Shown here piece by piece: positions 61,373 to 64,000 of a stretch of DNA of 64,000 nt; the first letter of the stretch is position 1, and each line of letters begins with the position of its first letter. The position numbers and the translations under genes were made by a program. The notes below the pieces were generated by a model that did not search any database, was not told where the DNA came from, and worked only from the letters and a program-made list of their open reading frames with translations. Source of the stretch: Callorhinchus milii (Eukaryota); NCBI RefSeq assembly GCF_018977255.1, contig NW_024704742.1, forward strand, positions 34,846,001 through 34,910,000, read 5' to 3'.

Positions 61373-61959
61373 CAGCATGTTTATATGTGCAGGTAGCCGA
61401 CTGGTCCATAGCGGAAGTGACACCATCAGTGCCTTGATGACCAGGAAGCTGGGCCAATGGCCCGCGGATCTGTTTTAATTCAATGTCTTTATTTGGTGAT
61501 CCAAAACACCACATATAATAAGCGGTTGCCCTGTATATCAGCTCTGTTGGTGGCACGGTATAAAGAATAATTAAACAATACTTTCTTTAAAAGTAGATGG
61601 TGTGCAGGAGTGTGTGCAGGATAGTAGTGTGTTGGTGCAGTGTTATTTCGCAGTTTCTATTCATACAAAAAGCTCCACCTGTCAGATGTTCCCTTATAGT
61701 AAGCGTGATCAACTGAAGCGGATCCCCTTACTAATGCTGGTGCCATTGAAGAGCAATAGGATGTGACTGAATGATGACAGTGACTGCTGGATATGCTTAC
61801 AGTCACAGGTGTATACACCAGCTTAAAAACGTTTGCATTCTTAGCACATTGCCTAACTGCCTGCTTTTCTATTTGCCACCTAGCTACAAAAAAACAGCTG
61901 ACTTTTGTGTGTTGATCAAAGCCCTGTGCGAGTTGAATACAAGAGGGATTTTATGTGGT

Positions 61960-62072
61960 TATAGAATCATAGAATCACGCAGCACAGAAGATGCCATTCG
62001 GCCCATCGTGTCTGTGCTAACTCTTTGAAAGAGCTGTCCAAAGTAATCCCACTCCCCTGCTCTTTCCCTCTG
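61960..62072 (-). mobile_element. CR1-type 3' tail fragment
   Basis: ATAGAATCATAGAATC..AGCACAGAAGATGCCATTCGGCCCATCG is the reverse complement of the CR1 tail. Confidence 0.75.
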
Positions 62073-63029
62073 GCCTAGTTCGCACTGTGCTTTCTGTGGT
62101 GATTTGATTCCATCTTGAAGAGGTGGTTTCAGCAGAACATTGATTCTTGTCAGAGTAGTTTAAAGTGTAAATAGCCCTTGAATCATTTGAGGGTGGTCTG
62201 GTGGGCGGCCCAAGAATATGTAAGGGACTGCTTAGAATGATTTTATTAAGCTTGTTATTTGTTAACAGAAACAACAAAAACGCTTAGTTGCCCCTGTGCC
62301 GAGCTCTCCTAAGCCCCTGGTAATTGACATCGGGAAATATAAATTGGGGTCCGGATTCTGGAGGCTCCATTGTAAGAAGCACAGTCACTTATTATTTCCT
62401 GTAATAAACAGGAACAGGATAATTTGTACAATTGTTCGCCTACAAAATACACAGTGACTACACTTTACAATGTATCCTGTGAAGCGCTTTGAGACATCCT
62501 CCTGAGGTGAAAGGCGCTTTATCAAGTGCATGGAATAATATTGTATTATGAGCAGATCACTGTGAAGAATACAAACCTTTTTTAGAATATATGACTTCTT
62601 ACTGTGATGTTAGTGTCAGGTTCAGCTTGTTACACTCGTCCAGGAGTTAGTACTTGCTGGCTGGACAAGCTACCAAATTGTTTTTCCACGTACACAGCAG
62701 AACATTTGTAATTGATTGTAAATGATTGTAGTGGGTGTTGTTTATCTTGTTTTTTTCCTTACGTGCCACGTGCCTTCAGTCAGCTCCCTCCCACCCTGTA
62801 CCCTCGTCCCCAGTTTAAGTGATGGCTGCCTCTCAGAGTGTCAGCTGATGTTACTTCCAGCATGTGTGTACTGTGCATGAGAGCACTGTAGTTGCTGTAA
62901 CTGAGGTGTACTTATCACAGTCATGAGCAGAGCAGTGGTTGATCAGGGCATGCAATTCATATGCTTAATAATCCTTACATTTGGTTTATTGCCTTTCATA
63001 TTCTCTTATAAATAATAATCTCTTTTAAA

Positions 63030-63565
63030 AAAATTTGGTCAATCAATCCACGACTGTTTGTGGGACACTGCTGTACGCAATTGGCTGCCATGTTTCTCCC
63101 ACAAATATACAGTCGATTCACTCTACAGTATATTCTGTAAAGTCCTTTGAGACTCTCTAAGACGTGATAAGGCACTATATCAAATGCAAGGATTATTATT
63201 GTATTATTATTTCATGTCGGGAGAATATCCCGAAGTGCTTCTCAAAATTTATTATGAAGTGGACGAACCCAGCAGCCAAATTTGCGCACAGTAATATATC
63301 ACAAATAGCCATGAAGTGAATGAACAATTTTTTCATTTGGCCAACATTTTGAGTTGTGGCATGGGATCTTTAACATCCTCATGAACAGAGAAACCAGGCC
63401 TCGGTTTAATATCTTTAACATGTTGCATTGTCGAACCTCTGACAATGCAATACACCCCATAACTGCATTGGAACACCAACTTAGAATGTGAGTTCAGGTC
63501 TAGATGTGGGGCTTCAACCCACAACCTTCGGACTCTGAGGCATGAAGTCTACCATTGAGACTGAC
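63030..63565. mobile_element. SINE 3' half (+, 63030-63210) abutting a long-type Deu SINE (-, ~63215-63565)
   Basis: Family-typical cores and tails on opposite strands. Confidence 0.75.
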
Positions 63566-64000
63566 TGACACAATAAAGTGTAGAACACTTTTGTTTGAAG
63601 CAAACTAAATGGGGCTCTCGCAATGTGAAGTGACAATTCTAAATCACTGGTGATGGAAGGTGCTTCCATTACAAAGCGTCTCTGAAAGTTTATACTGTTC
63701 GTACAGGTTTAGCTCAATCAATAAAGCTAAAATACTTTGAGTTACATTCCCGGTTCAGCCCTGAACAGCTGCTGATTTGCTGCACTGAAAGTCATGGCAT
63801 AAAAATAAGCCTCCATGCCTGGGTTTAGAAGAACTGAGCAACAAGGAATGGCATTAGCAAATCTATATCTGCCATTAACATGTATTAAATATAGAAACAT
63901 CTGCTCTGCATCACAATTTCGGCATTCTTGTGCATTCAGAATGCAAGTTGATCTTCTGCAATTTTCTTAAGGTTCACCAATTTGTTCATCTGTAAAATAG

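Noticed and set aside
24784..64000. FRAS1 exon 3 (expected ..TIWKPDSC..C.C.. VWC sequence)
   Set aside because: I found no matching exon by eye. Intron 2 is very long in other vertebrates, so it probably lies beyond the window, though a manual miss is possible.

Overview
This is vertebrate genomic DNA, most likely from a cartilaginous fish. The repeat content (abundant L2 LINEs with (GTT)n tails, CR1 LINEs, tRNA-headed Deu-domain SINEs) suggests a holocephalan/shark-type genome; that assignment is inference. The only host gene I can support is the 5' end of FRAS1 on the + strand: a promoter/5'UTR region at ~16.9-18.25 kb, coding exon 1 (18250-18334, signal peptide MSCVHLWFVVAAAAAALTSLVTLPQESE-G) and a 32-nt exon 2 (24752-24783, (G)VCVYQGSFFA; human ...LPHHSEG-ACVYQDSLLA). 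The rest of the window is the long intron 2; I did not find exon 3. Neither exon appears in the supplied ORF track, and the long ORFs there are retrotransposon fragments or their antisense shadows. The main unexplained structure is a pair of nested, kilobase-scale inverted duplications of non-repetitive sequence bracketing the FRAS1 promoter: A (~4260-5900) pairs with A' (~26850-28460), and B (~6700-8270) pairs with B' (~19700-21160). Exon 1 sits in the inner loop and exon 2 lies between B' and A'. The arms have near-identical cores (~98% and ~95% by hand count), decayed flanks, arm-specific retroelement insertions and a 27-bp micro-inversion. This pattern points to an old mirror duplication whose cores are maintained by gene conversion or selection. 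All identities are hand alignments and repeat boundaries are approximate.
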